A DNA stretch of 64,000 bases from Thermoanaerobaculia bacterium (GTDB lineage Bacteria; Acidobacteriota; Thermoanaerobaculia; Multivoradales; DATKCC01): positions 23,508 through 87,507 of the forward strand of contig JANRLG010000305.1 of the NCBI GenBank assembly GCA_033762835.1, in the 5' to 3' direction. Positions 44,938 to 53,544 of this stretch are shown piece after piece (positions within the stretch are counted from its first letter, which is position 1; every line of letters starts with the position of its first letter). The notes under the pieces are model-generated. The model saw nothing but the letters and a program-made list of their open reading frames with translations. It did not search any database and was not told the origin of the DNA. A program made the position numbers and the translations under genes.

Positions 44938-47188
44938 GGAGTTCGACGGGGTGGTAGGCGACGAGCCGGGGTTGGTCCGTGGCCAGGTCGTTGAGCTCGA
45001 GCCGATAGTTGCCGGGCGAAAGTCCCCAGAATTGGGCGCAGAGGGCCTCACCGCAGGGCTTGGCCGAGGTGGTGGCGACGACGGCATCGGTCATCGAGTC
45101 GAGCAACGCAGCTTGCGGCTCGGCGATTTCACCGAGCGTCCGGGCGTCGATCCGGAAAAGCGCCTTGTGGGGCCACCGGCCGAGCTCGAGGGTCGTGACG
45201 TCGTCGTCGCCGCGGAGCGTGCTCACGGGGACGATGTACGTTTCCGGCACCGGTGCCGTCGCGAACATCACCCCGCCCAAGCCGGCCGCGAGCCCCGCGG
45301 AGGCGGCCAGCCACTTCCAGGCGTGGCGCTTCGGTGCTGGGGCTGTGGTCGCGGTGGGGAACTGGAGGACGGGTGAGACTGGCATCACCTCGGCGTCTTT
45401 GCCCTCGGCTTCGATCGCGGCTTGAAGCCGGATCCGATCCGCCGCTTGCCAGGAAGCGAGCTCCTCGGGGGAAACCACGTCCGCGGTGGGACTTGAGAAG
45501 GCCTGCCAGTCGAGCACGGACTCGGCGAGCTCCGGGTTCTTCGCGAGCTGATCCTGGTACTTCTCGGCCTCGGCCTCGCTCAGCACCCCCGCGAAGTACA
45601 AAGCCGACCGCTCGTCGGTCGAGTCGGCCGTCTTCCCCGGAGGGGTGGGAAACCGATTCACGTTGTCCATGGTCCGAGGCCCGGCAGTAGCGCCCTTCAG
45701 ATCATGATCAAGCTTCTCCGCTTTGGCAAGCGGACCACCGCCAGCCGCGCCCGCACCGACCCGCCGAAACGCCCCCGGCCTCGAGATCTCCTCCTGGACC
45801 TGCCGGACGATCGCCTGCGTCAGCTCCCGCCGCTCTGCGGCCTCGCGGAGGATGGCCCAGGAAGCGAGAGTTTCCCGACCCACACCGAGGGCCTCGAAGG
45901 TCTTTCCCATGGAGATGGCTAGAGATAGGACCTGGTCAGTGCGGTTCTTCTCTAGAAGAAGTAGCGTTAGGTCCAGCGTAACAAGAGCAGCATTAAAAAT
46001 GTGGCCTCTCTCAATGTATATTTCTTGAGCGCGGTCCAGGCAGTCTTCTGGACCTCCTATCCGTTCGTCACCGGCCAGCGCTAGTCCCAAGACCCAAAGC
46101 CTACCGGGTTCCCAGAAGGGCCTTTTCAGATACTCGGGCTTTAGCTTCTCGAGAAGTTCTTGCGCTTCACTGGGTCGTCCGTACTTAGCTAGCAGGACCG
46201 CCCGGCAGTGCCAAGCATGCAGCAGAAGGTCGCTATCCGCCGCTTCTTGCGCTAGGCAAGCTGCATCTACCACTGTGCGGAGGCCTCGCTTCAAGTCGCC
46301 GGATACTTCATGGATCATAGTCGCCGAGAGTTTCGCCGAGATGGCTTCGCGCAACCGGTGCAGGTGGTCGTAGAGGATATGCGAGATATTAGAGTATGTT
46401 AAGGCGTCACGAAAATTTCTGAGATCCCTGGCGATGGAGGCGCTGAAGCTCGTGGCTTCTGCCCAAAAGACGGGATTCCGGACCGCGTGATGGGAAGCCG
46501 TTTGGATTGCCTCTTCGATTATCTTTTTCGCCTGATGCAGGTCTCCGAAGCACCGCATTGAGTTGCCTCTGAAGAGATCCGCCCGGACCTGAAAAGCTAA
46601 GTCGGTCGTAGAGCCAGTAGCCGCCCAGCGAGACACTACTTCTGCCCACGAGCCCGAAGCTCGTGGGCCTTCTGGCAACGCCGCCCGTGCCTCCACCAAG
46701 CAAGCGCTCGCCACCGCCTCCCCTGCAAATGCCTCCGGCTCGCGCTTCACCAGCTCCAACCGCTCCGTCGCCGACAGCGGCCTCAACCGCTCGATCGCCC
46801 TTCTGGCTCGCTCTTGTTCTTCGGCGCTGAAAGTGGGCGCGGGTGGTGGCGGGACTCGGCCGAGGTCTTCGACCGGAATGCCGATCAGGCGGGCGGCCTC
46901 TTCGCGGGCTTCGCGCTCCTCGCTGATCCCAACGTCGAGGCGGGCTTTGTCTTCGCTTTGCCAGAGGGTGAGGGTGGCGGTCGGTAGAGAGTCGGCGGAA
47001 GGGGGCGCGAAACACTGCCAGTCGAGCAGGGTCTCGGCGAGGTCGGGATCGTGGGCCAGGTCGTCTTGGAGGGTCTCGACATCCTCGGGACACAGCCGGC
47101 CGCCGAAATAGGCTGCCGCGCGTTCGCCGGCGGCGAGATTCGGTGGACTTTCTCCGGGGCGCCTCGGCAGCCCGTGGGTCGCGTTCAT
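44915..47188 (-). CDS. anti-sigma-factor-like protein with duplicated N-terminal module, TPR-like insert, TM segment and periplasmic C-terminal domain
   Basis: N-terminal 'ERAAAYFGGRLCPEDVETLQDDLAHDPDLAETLLDWQCF' recurs at ~aa 520 as 'ERSALYFAGVLSEAEAEKYQDQLAKNPELAESVLDWQAF'. A TM helix 'WKWLAASAGLAAGLGGVMFATAP' follows. Lies 28 nt downstream of the ECF sigma gene. The middle is lower-GC. Confidence 0.5.
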   Translation of the reverse strand: MNATHGLPRRPGESPPNLAAGERAAAYFGGRLCPEDVETLQDDLAHDPDLAETLLDWQCFAPPSADSLPTATLTLWQSEDKARLDVGISEEREAREEAARLIGIPVEDLGRVPPPPAPTFSAEEQERARRAIERLRPLSATERLELVKREPEAFAGEAVASACLVEARAALPEGPRASGSWAEVVSRWAATGSTTDLAFQVRADLFRGNSMRCFGDLHQAKKIIEEAIQTASHHAVRNPVFWAEATSFSASIARDLRNFRDALTYSNISHILYDHLHRLREAISAKLSATMIHEVSGDLKRGLRTVVDAACLAQEAADSDLLLHAWHCRAVLLAKYGRPSEAQELLEKLKPEYLKRPFWEPGRLWVLGLALAGDERIGGPEDCLDRAQEIYIERGHIFNAALVTLDLTLLLLEKNRTDQVLSLAISMGKTFEALGVGRETLASWAILREAAERRELTQAIVRQVQEEISRPGAFRRVGAGAAGGGPLAKAEKLDHDLKGATAGPRTMDNVNRFPTPPGKTADSTDERSALYFAGVLSEAEAEKYQDQLAKNPELAESVLDWQAFSSPTADVVSPEELASWQAADRIRLQAAIEAEGKDAEVMPVSPVLQFPTATTAPAPKRHAWKWLAASAGLAAGLGGVMFATAPVPETYIVPVSTLRGDDDVTTLELGRWPHKALFRIDARTLGEIAEPQAALLDSMTDAVVATTSAKPCGEALCAQFWGLSPGNYRLELNDLATDQPRLVAYHPVELLATDRAP

Positions 47189-47216
47189 GGTCGGTCCTCC
47201 AACAAAACAAACGACA

Positions 47217-47774
47217 TCAGGAAGCGACGGCGCGGCCGGGAAGATCGGTCGAGAGGGCTTCCTTGAGCTTCAACTTGGCCTGGAACAGCTGCGACTTGAC
47301 GGTTTCGATGGAGGTCAACATCAGCGTCGCGATCTCTTCGTACTTGAAGCCTTCCAAGTAGAGCAGGACACAACGCCGCATGCGCGGCGGCAACTGCTCG
47401 ATCGCGACGCGTACTTGTTGCTCGCGTTCACCGGCCAGGAACTCGTCCAGGGCGTCGGGCTCCTCGGTGGCGAGTCCTTCGGCAAGCGGTTCGTCCTGCA
47501 CCTCGGGGTTCTCGATCGACACGAACGTCCCGCGCGGGCGGTTCTTTTTCGCCATGCCGTCCCTGAGGTGGTTCAGGAACAGGTTGCGGGTAATCGTGAA
47601 GATCCAAGGTGCCAGGGATTCCACCGTGCCTCCGTCCGTCGTCTTCCAGTTCTTCCAAACCCGGAGGAACACGGTTTGGGTGAGGTCACGCGCGAGATCT
47701 CTTTCCACCCCCTTGTGGAGGTAGAAACCGAGGACCCGCGGGTAGAAGTGCTGGTAGGTGGCTTCGTAGTCCAT
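47217..47774 (-). CDS. ECF (sigma-24-type) RNA polymerase sigma factor
   Basis: 185 aa from 'MDYEATYQHFYPRVLGFY'. Region 2 'TQTVFLRVWKN' and region 4 'YEEIATLMLTSIETVKSQLFQAKLKL'. Confidence 0.85.
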   Translation of the reverse strand: MDYEATYQHFYPRVLGFYLHKGVERDLARDLTQTVFLRVWKNWKTTDGGTVESLAPWIFTITRNLFLNHLRDGMAKKNRPRGTFVSIENPEVQDEPLAEGLATEEPDALDEFLAGEREQQVRVAIEQLPPRMRRCVLLYLEGFKYEEIATLMLTSIETVKSQLFQAKLKLKEALSTDLPGRAVAS

Positions 47775-48075
47775 CGGCGCGCCCGTCGCGGGGGGACGCG
47801 GAAACGCCCGCTCCTTCGAACCGGGGCTGGCGGGCAGTGCGAAGGCGCGACGGCGGGGCGATGGTACCCGATTCGACGCCCGCGTCCTAGCTTCGGTGTC
47901 CCTCTCGTCCTCGGGAAAAATGCGGCGAACGCAGATTCTCGTCCCGGTTTTGCCCGGCCGACTCACGAAGTTAGCAAGTGGTATCGCTGTGAGCACAGCC
48001 GAGCGGCAAAGGAGCCGCTCGGTCCTTCGAGTGACCTAGTGCCTCGTGCGCGGGGCACGGACCGTGGATGGAGCT

Positions 48076-48375
48076 ATGGCCAAGAAGATTTATGTGGGAA
48101 ACCTGCCGTTCAGGGCGACCGAGGACGAGATTCGCGAGCTTTTCGAGGCTTACGGAAGTGTCGAGTCCGTCAACTTGATCAGTGATCGCGAAACGGGACA
48201 GCCGCGGGGCTTCGGCTTCGTCGAGATGAACGACGACGACGGCGCCTTGGCGGCGATTTCCGCGCTCGACCGCGCGGACTTCGGAGGTCGCAGTCTGCGC
48301 GTCAACGAGGCCCGCCCGCGCGAGGAGCGGGGTCCTCGCCCGCCGCGGGCCGCGGGAGCCAGCGGTCGCTGGTGA
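48076..48375 (+). CDS. RRM-type RNA-binding protein
   Basis: 'KIYVGNLPF' (RNP2) and 'RGFGFVEM' (RNP1). Confidence 0.85.
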   Translation: MAKKIYVGNLPFRATEDEIRELFEAYGSVESVNLISDRETGQPRGFGFVEMNDDDGALAAISALDRADFGGRSLRVNEARPREERGPRPPRAAGASGRW

Positions 48376-48502
48376 TCCAAGCCGCCTGAGACAAGGTCGT
48401 GGCTCTCTCGGTTCGCGGCGGGTTCGCCCGCCGCAGGCCGTGCCTTGCCCGGGTTTGGTTCGAGTCCTCGTTTTGGGGAGCAACGAAGTTCGGCCTTCTG
48501 CC

Positions 48503-48606
48503 GTAGGGGCGCTGCTTGCTGCGCCCCTGGTCCCCCGTTGGCACAGCTGTCAGGCGATGGGGCCCGAAGCCCTGCCAGCGGGGCGCAGCCAGCAGCGCCC
48601 CTACAA
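48503..48606. repeat. pair of near-identical GC hairpins in inverted orientation
   Basis: 'ggggcgctgcttgctgcgcccc' and 'ggggcgcagccagcagcgcccc' ~55 nt apart, downstream of the RRM gene. Confidence 0.3.
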
Positions 48607-48699
48607 GGAGGGGCATCAACAGGAGACCCCGCCGCTCCGAGCGAGTAGAATCCTCATTCTCGTGTGATTTTCCCCACGGGGAGCCTGGCGAGCCCGACG

Positions 48700-49734
48700 A
48701 TGTCCACCAAGAGCGAGCGCCTGAAGCGCCGGCTCGTCCGTGAGCTGGTGGTCGAGAACCTCGAGTTGATCGGGGCCGTGCCCGTGCGCCCGCGGCCTCG
48801 ACCGCGCCGGTTCTTGCCCGCCTTCAAGGTGGCGGCGCTGGTCTTCCTGCCGGCGGCGGTGTTCGCCTCGAGTTGGGTGCTGCGCACTCCGACCACTGGC
48901 GCCGAGGAGCCAAGTCCGCGGCGGGTCGTCGCTGTGCTCGACCCGGCTCCCGAGGAGCCGGTACGCTCGGCCGTGGCTCTCGAGGCCCCGCGCCCGGTGC
49001 CCGCCGACGTCTTCCCGCTGGCCGTGCGGCGGGTCATCCTGGACGCCGGCCATGGTGGCCACAATCTCGGCACCAAGACCCCCTCGGGCCTGCTCGAAAA
49101 AGAGATCACCCTCGACATCGCCCTGCGTCTGCGTGAGGCGTTGTCGGCGGATCCCTTCGAGGTACTCCTGACCCGGGACGACGACCGTTTCGTCAATCTC
49201 CACGACCGCGCCAGCTGGGCCAACGACCAACGAGGCGACATTTTCGTATCGATCCACGTCAACTGGCTCGAAGGCAGCCGCGCGAGCGGCGTCGAGACCT
49301 ATTACCTGGGCGCCGCCGAAGACTCCTTCGGCAGCGAGCTCGCGAGCCGCGAAAACCTCGACTCCGGCCACACCATGGCCGAAATGCGGACCCTGCTCGA
49401 GGGCATTTACGCCGATCTCCGGCAGGACAAGTCCCGCGAGCTCGCCGCCGCCATTCATACCGCCCTTTACGGCGCCCTGCGGCGGGTCAATCCGGAACTG
49501 ATCGATCGCGGGGTCAAAACCGCGCCTTTCCTCGTCCTCGTCGATACCGAAATGCCCGCCGTGTTGGCCGAAGTGGCGGCGCTTTCGAGCGAAACCGAGG
49601 CCACCATGCTCGCCAGGCCGCTCTACCGCCAGTTCATCGCGGAGGCGCTCGCCACCGGCATCCGGCGGTACGCCGCCCGGCCCGGCAGTGAAGGGCCGTC
49701 CGCGCCATTTCTTCGAAAGGAATCCGCTCGATGA
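48700..49734 (+). CDS. N-acetylmuramoyl-L-alanine amidase (Amidase_3, AmiC-like) with cytoplasmic tail and TM anchor
   Basis: 'VILDAGHGG' and 'FVSIHVN'. N-terminal basic region followed by TM 'FKVAALVFLPAAVFASSWVL'. Confidence 0.8.
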   Translation: MSTKSERLKRRLVRELVVENLELIGAVPVRPRPRPRRFLPAFKVAALVFLPAAVFASSWVLRTPTTGAEEPSPRRVVAVLDPAPEEPVRSAVALEAPRPVPADVFPLAVRRVILDAGHGGHNLGTKTPSGLLEKEITLDIALRLREALSADPFEVLLTRDDDRFVNLHDRASWANDQRGDIFVSIHVNWLEGSRASGVETYYLGAAEDSFGSELASRENLDSGHTMAEMRTLLEGIYADLRQDKSRELAAAIHTALYGALRRVNPELIDRGVKTAPFLVLVDTEMPAVLAEVAALSSETEATMLARPLYRQFIAEALATGIRRYAARPGSEGPSAPFLRKESAR

Positions 49735-50762
49735 CCGACAGTGCCAAGCGTGTGCTTTCCGTGGGGATCGATTTGGGAACCTCGCGCAGTTCGATTTCGA
49801 CCTCCGCGGGCGAACGCCACGTGGTGCACAGCTACGTCGGCTGGCCGGTCGACATGGTGGCGCGCAAGGTCTTGAAAAAGAGCGTGTTGGTGGGTGAGGA
49901 AGCGCTCCACAACCGCTCCATGTTGGATCTCCACCGCCCCCTCGAAGAAGGGCTGATCAAAGAAGGCTCGGCCAAGGACGAAGCGGCGGTGGCCGAGTTG
50001 CTCAAGCACCTGCTGGCGTTGGCCGGGGCGGTCAAGGGCAAGGGCGTCGACTCCGTGCGAGCGGTGGTCGGGGTGCCGGCCAAGGCCCTGCGGGTCAACA
50101 AACAAAGCCTGCGCAAGGCGGTCGCGCCGCTCGTCGACAGCCTGATCATCGTCTCCGAGCCCTTCGCCGTGGCCTACGGCCTCGAGGCCCTGCTGCACGC
50201 CATGATCGTCGACATCGGCGCCAGCACCGCGGACTTTTGCATCATGCGCGGGCGGATTCCGGCCGACGAAGACCAGCGCACCCTGACCCTCGCGGGCGAC
50301 TGGCTGGACGACCAGCTGGCGGTGCAGATCCAGGAGCGGTATCCCGACGCGCGGTTCTCCGTGCACATGGTGCGCGAGTGGAAGGAGCGCTTCAGCTTCG
50401 TGGGCGAGGCCAAGGATCGCGTCCACGTGGTCGCTCCGGTTGGGGGCAAACCGACCTCGATCGACATCACCGATCCCGTGCGGATCGCCTGCGAAGCCCT
50501 GGTGCCGCCGATCGTCGAGACCATGGTGGATCTGCTGTCGCGCTGCGATCCGGATTTCCAGGACCAGGTGCGCAACAACATCGTGCTCTCCGGCGGTACG
50601 GCCCTCATCGGCGGCCTTGGCGCCCGCGTCCAAAAAGAACTGGCGGACATGGGCGGTGGCCGCGTCCGGGTGGTCAAGGACCCGGTGTTCGTGGGCTCCG
50701 ATGGCGGCCTGGCCATCGCCCTCGATGCCTCGGATCAGGAGTGGGAGCGGCTGGCGGTGTAG
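49731..50762 (+). CDS. divergent MreB-like actin-family ATPase
   Basis: 'VGIDLGTS', 'MIVDIGASTADFCIM', 'IVLSGGTALIGGLGARVQKEL' and 'VRVVKDPVFVGSDGG' align with MreB phosphate, adenosine and connect motifs. Start overlaps the amidase stop (ATGA). Confidence 0.6.
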   Translation: MTDSAKRVLSVGIDLGTSRSSISTSAGERHVVHSYVGWPVDMVARKVLKKSVLVGEEALHNRSMLDLHRPLEEGLIKEGSAKDEAAVAELLKHLLALAGAVKGKGVDSVRAVVGVPAKALRVNKQSLRKAVAPLVDSLIIVSEPFAVAYGLEALLHAMIVDIGASTADFCIMRGRIPADEDQRTLTLAGDWLDDQLAVQIQERYPDARFSVHMVREWKERFSFVGEAKDRVHVVAPVGGKPTSIDITDPVRIACEALVPPIVETMVDLLSRCDPDFQDQVRNNIVLSGGTALIGGLGARVQKELADMGGGRVRVVKDPVFVGSDGGLAIALDASDQEWERLAV

Positions 50763-50997
50763 GCCAGGTACCTGGGACCGCCGAGCTCCCGGCTCGGCAT
50801 CTTGTGTTCCGTCTGAATCACGGATGGCCACGGATCACACGGATGTCACGGCGAAGTAGGAGACCCCGGAAGCTTCTGGTCTTGTTGAGCCGGGGAGGGC
50901 GGCCACAGGGGGCCGCCCCTACGGCGGACGGTAAATGGCGGCGTTCATCGTCAAGAAAATGACGTTTTCTTCGTCCCGGCAGGGACGTTTGTCTGTA

Positions 50998-51019
50998 GCG
51001 AGCGAATTCATTCGCTCGC
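50998..51019. promoter_or_regulatory. perfect 10-bp inverted repeat (operator-like) upstream of the DUF853 ATPase gene
   Basis: 'GCGAGCGAAT-tc-ATTCGCTCGC' ~100 nt before the ATG at 51116. Two hairpins (50897-50918 and 50953-50971) precede it. Confidence 0.35.
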
Positions 51020-51115
51020 GACCGGGCTCGTCTGCCTAGGCCGCGCCAGGGACCAGGGAATCCGTCCAGGAAGATACAATCGCCTCCTCTCGAACCCTCC
51101 GGAGACTCGACACCC

Positions 51116-53530
51116 ATGGCCGACCCGACCCCGTTCCCGGACTACGAAAAGCTCGGATTGTTCTATCTCGGCAAGAAAGTCGATGCCGCGACTCGGCAGC
51201 CGACTTCCGACCTTTTGCTCTACGACTCCCGGGACTTGACCACCCATGGGGTGTGCGTCGGCATGACCGGCAGCGGCAAGACGGGCTTGTGCCTGTCGGT
51301 GCTGGAAGAGGCCGCGATCGACGGCATTCCGGTGTTGGCCATCGACCCCAAGGGCGACGTCGGCAACCTGATGTTGACCTTCCCGAATTTGAAACCCGAG
51401 GACTTCCGGCCGTGGGTGGACGAAGCCGAGGCCCAGCGCCAGAGCTTGACGGCGGACGCTTTCGCGGCGAACCAAGCCGACACCTGGCACTCGGGGCTCG
51501 CCAAGTGGGGCCAGGACGGTGCCCGCATCGCCCGGCTCCGGCAGGCCGCCGAGGTGGTGATCTACACCCCGGGCAGCTCCTCCGGCATCCCGATCTCGAT
51601 CCTCGCGAGCTTCTCGGCCCCCTCGGCGGAGGTGTTGGAGGACGAGGATCTTTACCGCGACCGCATCACCACCGTCGCCACCAGCCTCCTGTCCATGATG
51701 GGCCGCTCGGCGGACCCGGTGCAGAGTCGCGAGCACATTCTGCTCTCGCGCCTGTTCGACGAGGCTTGGAAGCAGGGGCGGGATCTCGACCTTGCGGCGA
51801 TCATCCGGGGCATTCAGGAGCCGCCCTTCGAGCGGCTGGGCGTGCTCGACCTCGAGTCGTTCTTCCCGTCGAAGGACCGCTTCGAGCTCGCCATGGCGCT
51901 CAACAACCTGCTGGCGTCGCCGGGGTTCGCCCCATGGCTCGAGGGCACGCCGCTCGATCTCTCCGAGCTGCTCTACACGCCCGAGGGCAAGCCGCGCATC
52001 GCGGTCGTTTCTATCGCACACCTGTCCGATGCCGAGCGGATGTTCTTCGTCACCCTGCTGCTCTCCCAGGCTATCGCGTGGATGCGCAAGACGTCCGGCA
52101 CCTCGAGCCTGCGCGCGCTCTTGTACATGGACGAGATCTTCGGTTACCTGCCGCCGATCGCCGAGCCGCCCTCGAAGAAGCCCATGTTGACGCTGCTGAA
52201 GCAGGCCCGAGCCTTCGGCTTCGGCGTGCTCCTAGCGACTCAGAACCCGGTCGATCTCGACTACAAAGCCCTGTCGAACATGGGCACCTGGTTCATCGGG
52301 CGGCTGCAGACGGAACGCGACCGCGATCGCCTGGTGGACGGGCTCGTGGGCGCCTCCGGCGGCGGGCTTGACAAGGACGAGCTCACCCGCCTGCTGGGCT
52401 CGCTCGAGAAGCGGATGTTCCTAGTCCAGAACGCCCACCGCGGTCGGGCCGAATTGTTCATGACCCGCTGGGCGCTGTCCTACCTGGCCGGTCCCATGAC
52501 GCGCCAGCAGATCGCCAAGCTGATGGCGCCTTACAAAGCCGGCGGCGCGGTACCCCGGCCGGCGGTGCCGACGCTGGCGGCTTCTCCGGCGCCTGCCCAA
52601 CAGGCCGGCGGCGTGGGGGGGCGGCCGGTATTGCCGGCAGAAGTGCCCCAGGCGTTTCTCCCTCCTACCGGACCGGTGTCGGCAGGCTTGACCTACCGGC
52701 CGGCGCTGCTCGGTCTCGCCAAGGTGCACTTCACCGATCCCAAATTGGGCGTCGAACACTCCGAGGACGTGGCCTACGTCACCGACTTCTCGGACGGCGT
52801 GCGGGCGATCGACTGGCTGGCGGCGCGGCCGGTGGAGGTCAGCGCGGACCATCTCGAGCGCGAGCCGGCCAGCGAGACGGCGCTGTACGTCGACCCCCCG
52901 GACCCGGCGCGCAAGGCCGCGAGTTACAACGGCTGGAGCCGCGACTTCGCCGACGCTCTATTCCGCAACAAACGCCTGGCGCTGATGCGCAGCCCGTCTC
53001 TCGGTCTGGTCTCGGACCCGGGGGAGACCGAACGCGATTTCCGCATTCGGATTCAGCCGCTCTACCGCGACGAGCGGGACCGGCGCTTGGCCGAAGTCGA
53101 AGCAGCTTACGCCGGGAAGCTCGAGCGCATCGAGGATCAGCTCGCCCGCGCCGAAGAGCGCCGTCAGCGCGAGAACGCGGATGCCTCCGAGCGCACTTGG
53201 GACACCGTCCTGTCCGTCGGTTCGGCCATCGGCAGCGTGCTGTTCGGGCGCGGCAAGATCCTGTCCTCGGGCACCCTCGGCCGGGCCAGCTCGGCGGCCC
53301 GCGGCGTCGGCCGCATCGCCAAGGAACGCCAGCAGGCGCAACTAGCCGCGGACGCCGTGGGGCGCCTCCAAGCCGACCGCGACGCCCTGATCGCCGACCG
53401 CCACGCCGAGGTGCTGCGCGTGCGCGAGACCTTGGGCGACGCCAGCGAGAAGTTCGAGCCCCTCGAAGTCAAACCCAAGAAGACCGACGTGCGGGTGGCA
53501 TGGGTCGGCCTGGCTTGGTCACCGGAATGA
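51116..53530 (+). CDS. DUF853/YjgR-like P-loop NTPase (HerA/FtsK superfamily) with C-terminal coiled-coil extension
   Basis: 'VGMTGSGKTGLCL' Walker A, 'VLAIDPKGDVGNL', 'LLYMDEIFGYLPP' Walker B, 'LATQNPVDLDYKALSNMGTWFIGRLQTERD'. C-terminal ~250 aa is Arg/Glu-rich and helical. Confidence 0.7.
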   Translation: MADPTPFPDYEKLGLFYLGKKVDAATRQPTSDLLLYDSRDLTTHGVCVGMTGSGKTGLCLSVLEEAAIDGIPVLAIDPKGDVGNLMLTFPNLKPEDFRPWVDEAEAQRQSLTADAFAANQADTWHSGLAKWGQDGARIARLRQAAEVVIYTPGSSSGIPISILASFSAPSAEVLEDEDLYRDRITTVATSLLSMMGRSADPVQSREHILLSRLFDEAWKQGRDLDLAAIIRGIQEPPFERLGVLDLESFFPSKDRFELAMALNNLLASPGFAPWLEGTPLDLSELLYTPEGKPRIAVVSIAHLSDAERMFFVTLLLSQAIAWMRKTSGTSSLRALLYMDEIFGYLPPIAEPPSKKPMLTLLKQARAFGFGVLLATQNPVDLDYKALSNMGTWFIGRLQTERDRDRLVDGLVGASGGGLDKDELTRLLGSLEKRMFLVQNAHRGRAELFMTRWALSYLAGPMTRQQIAKLMAPYKAGGAVPRPAVPTLAASPAPAQQAGGVGGRPVLPAEVPQAFLPPTGPVSAGLTYRPALLGLAKVHFTDPKLGVEHSEDVAYVTDFSDGVRAIDWLAARPVEVSADHLEREPASETALYVDPPDPARKAASYNGWSRDFADALFRNKRLALMRSPSLGLVSDPGETERDFRIRIQPLYRDERDRRLAEVEAAYAGKLERIEDQLARAEERRQRENADASERTWDTVLSVGSAIGSVLFGRGKILSSGTLGRASSAARGVGRIAKERQQAQLAADAVGRLQADRDALIADRHAEVLRVRETLGDASEKFEPLEVKPKKTDVRVAWVGLAWSPE

Positions 53531-53544
53531 TGGGAGGTTTGACC

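Noticed and set aside
45085-45087. ATG at 45087 as the start of the TPR-CHAT gene
   Set aside because: It would add a 50-aa Ser/Pro/Thr-rich leader overlapping the anti-sigma C-terminus in another frame. The TTG at 44937 immediately precedes a canonical signal peptide.
45670-45672. Internal ATG (MDNVNRF) as the start of a separate anti-sigma gene
   Set aside because: No stop codon separates it from the upstream reading frame and no convincing Shine-Dalgarno sequence is present. Kept as one fused ORF, with the alternative noted in the findings.
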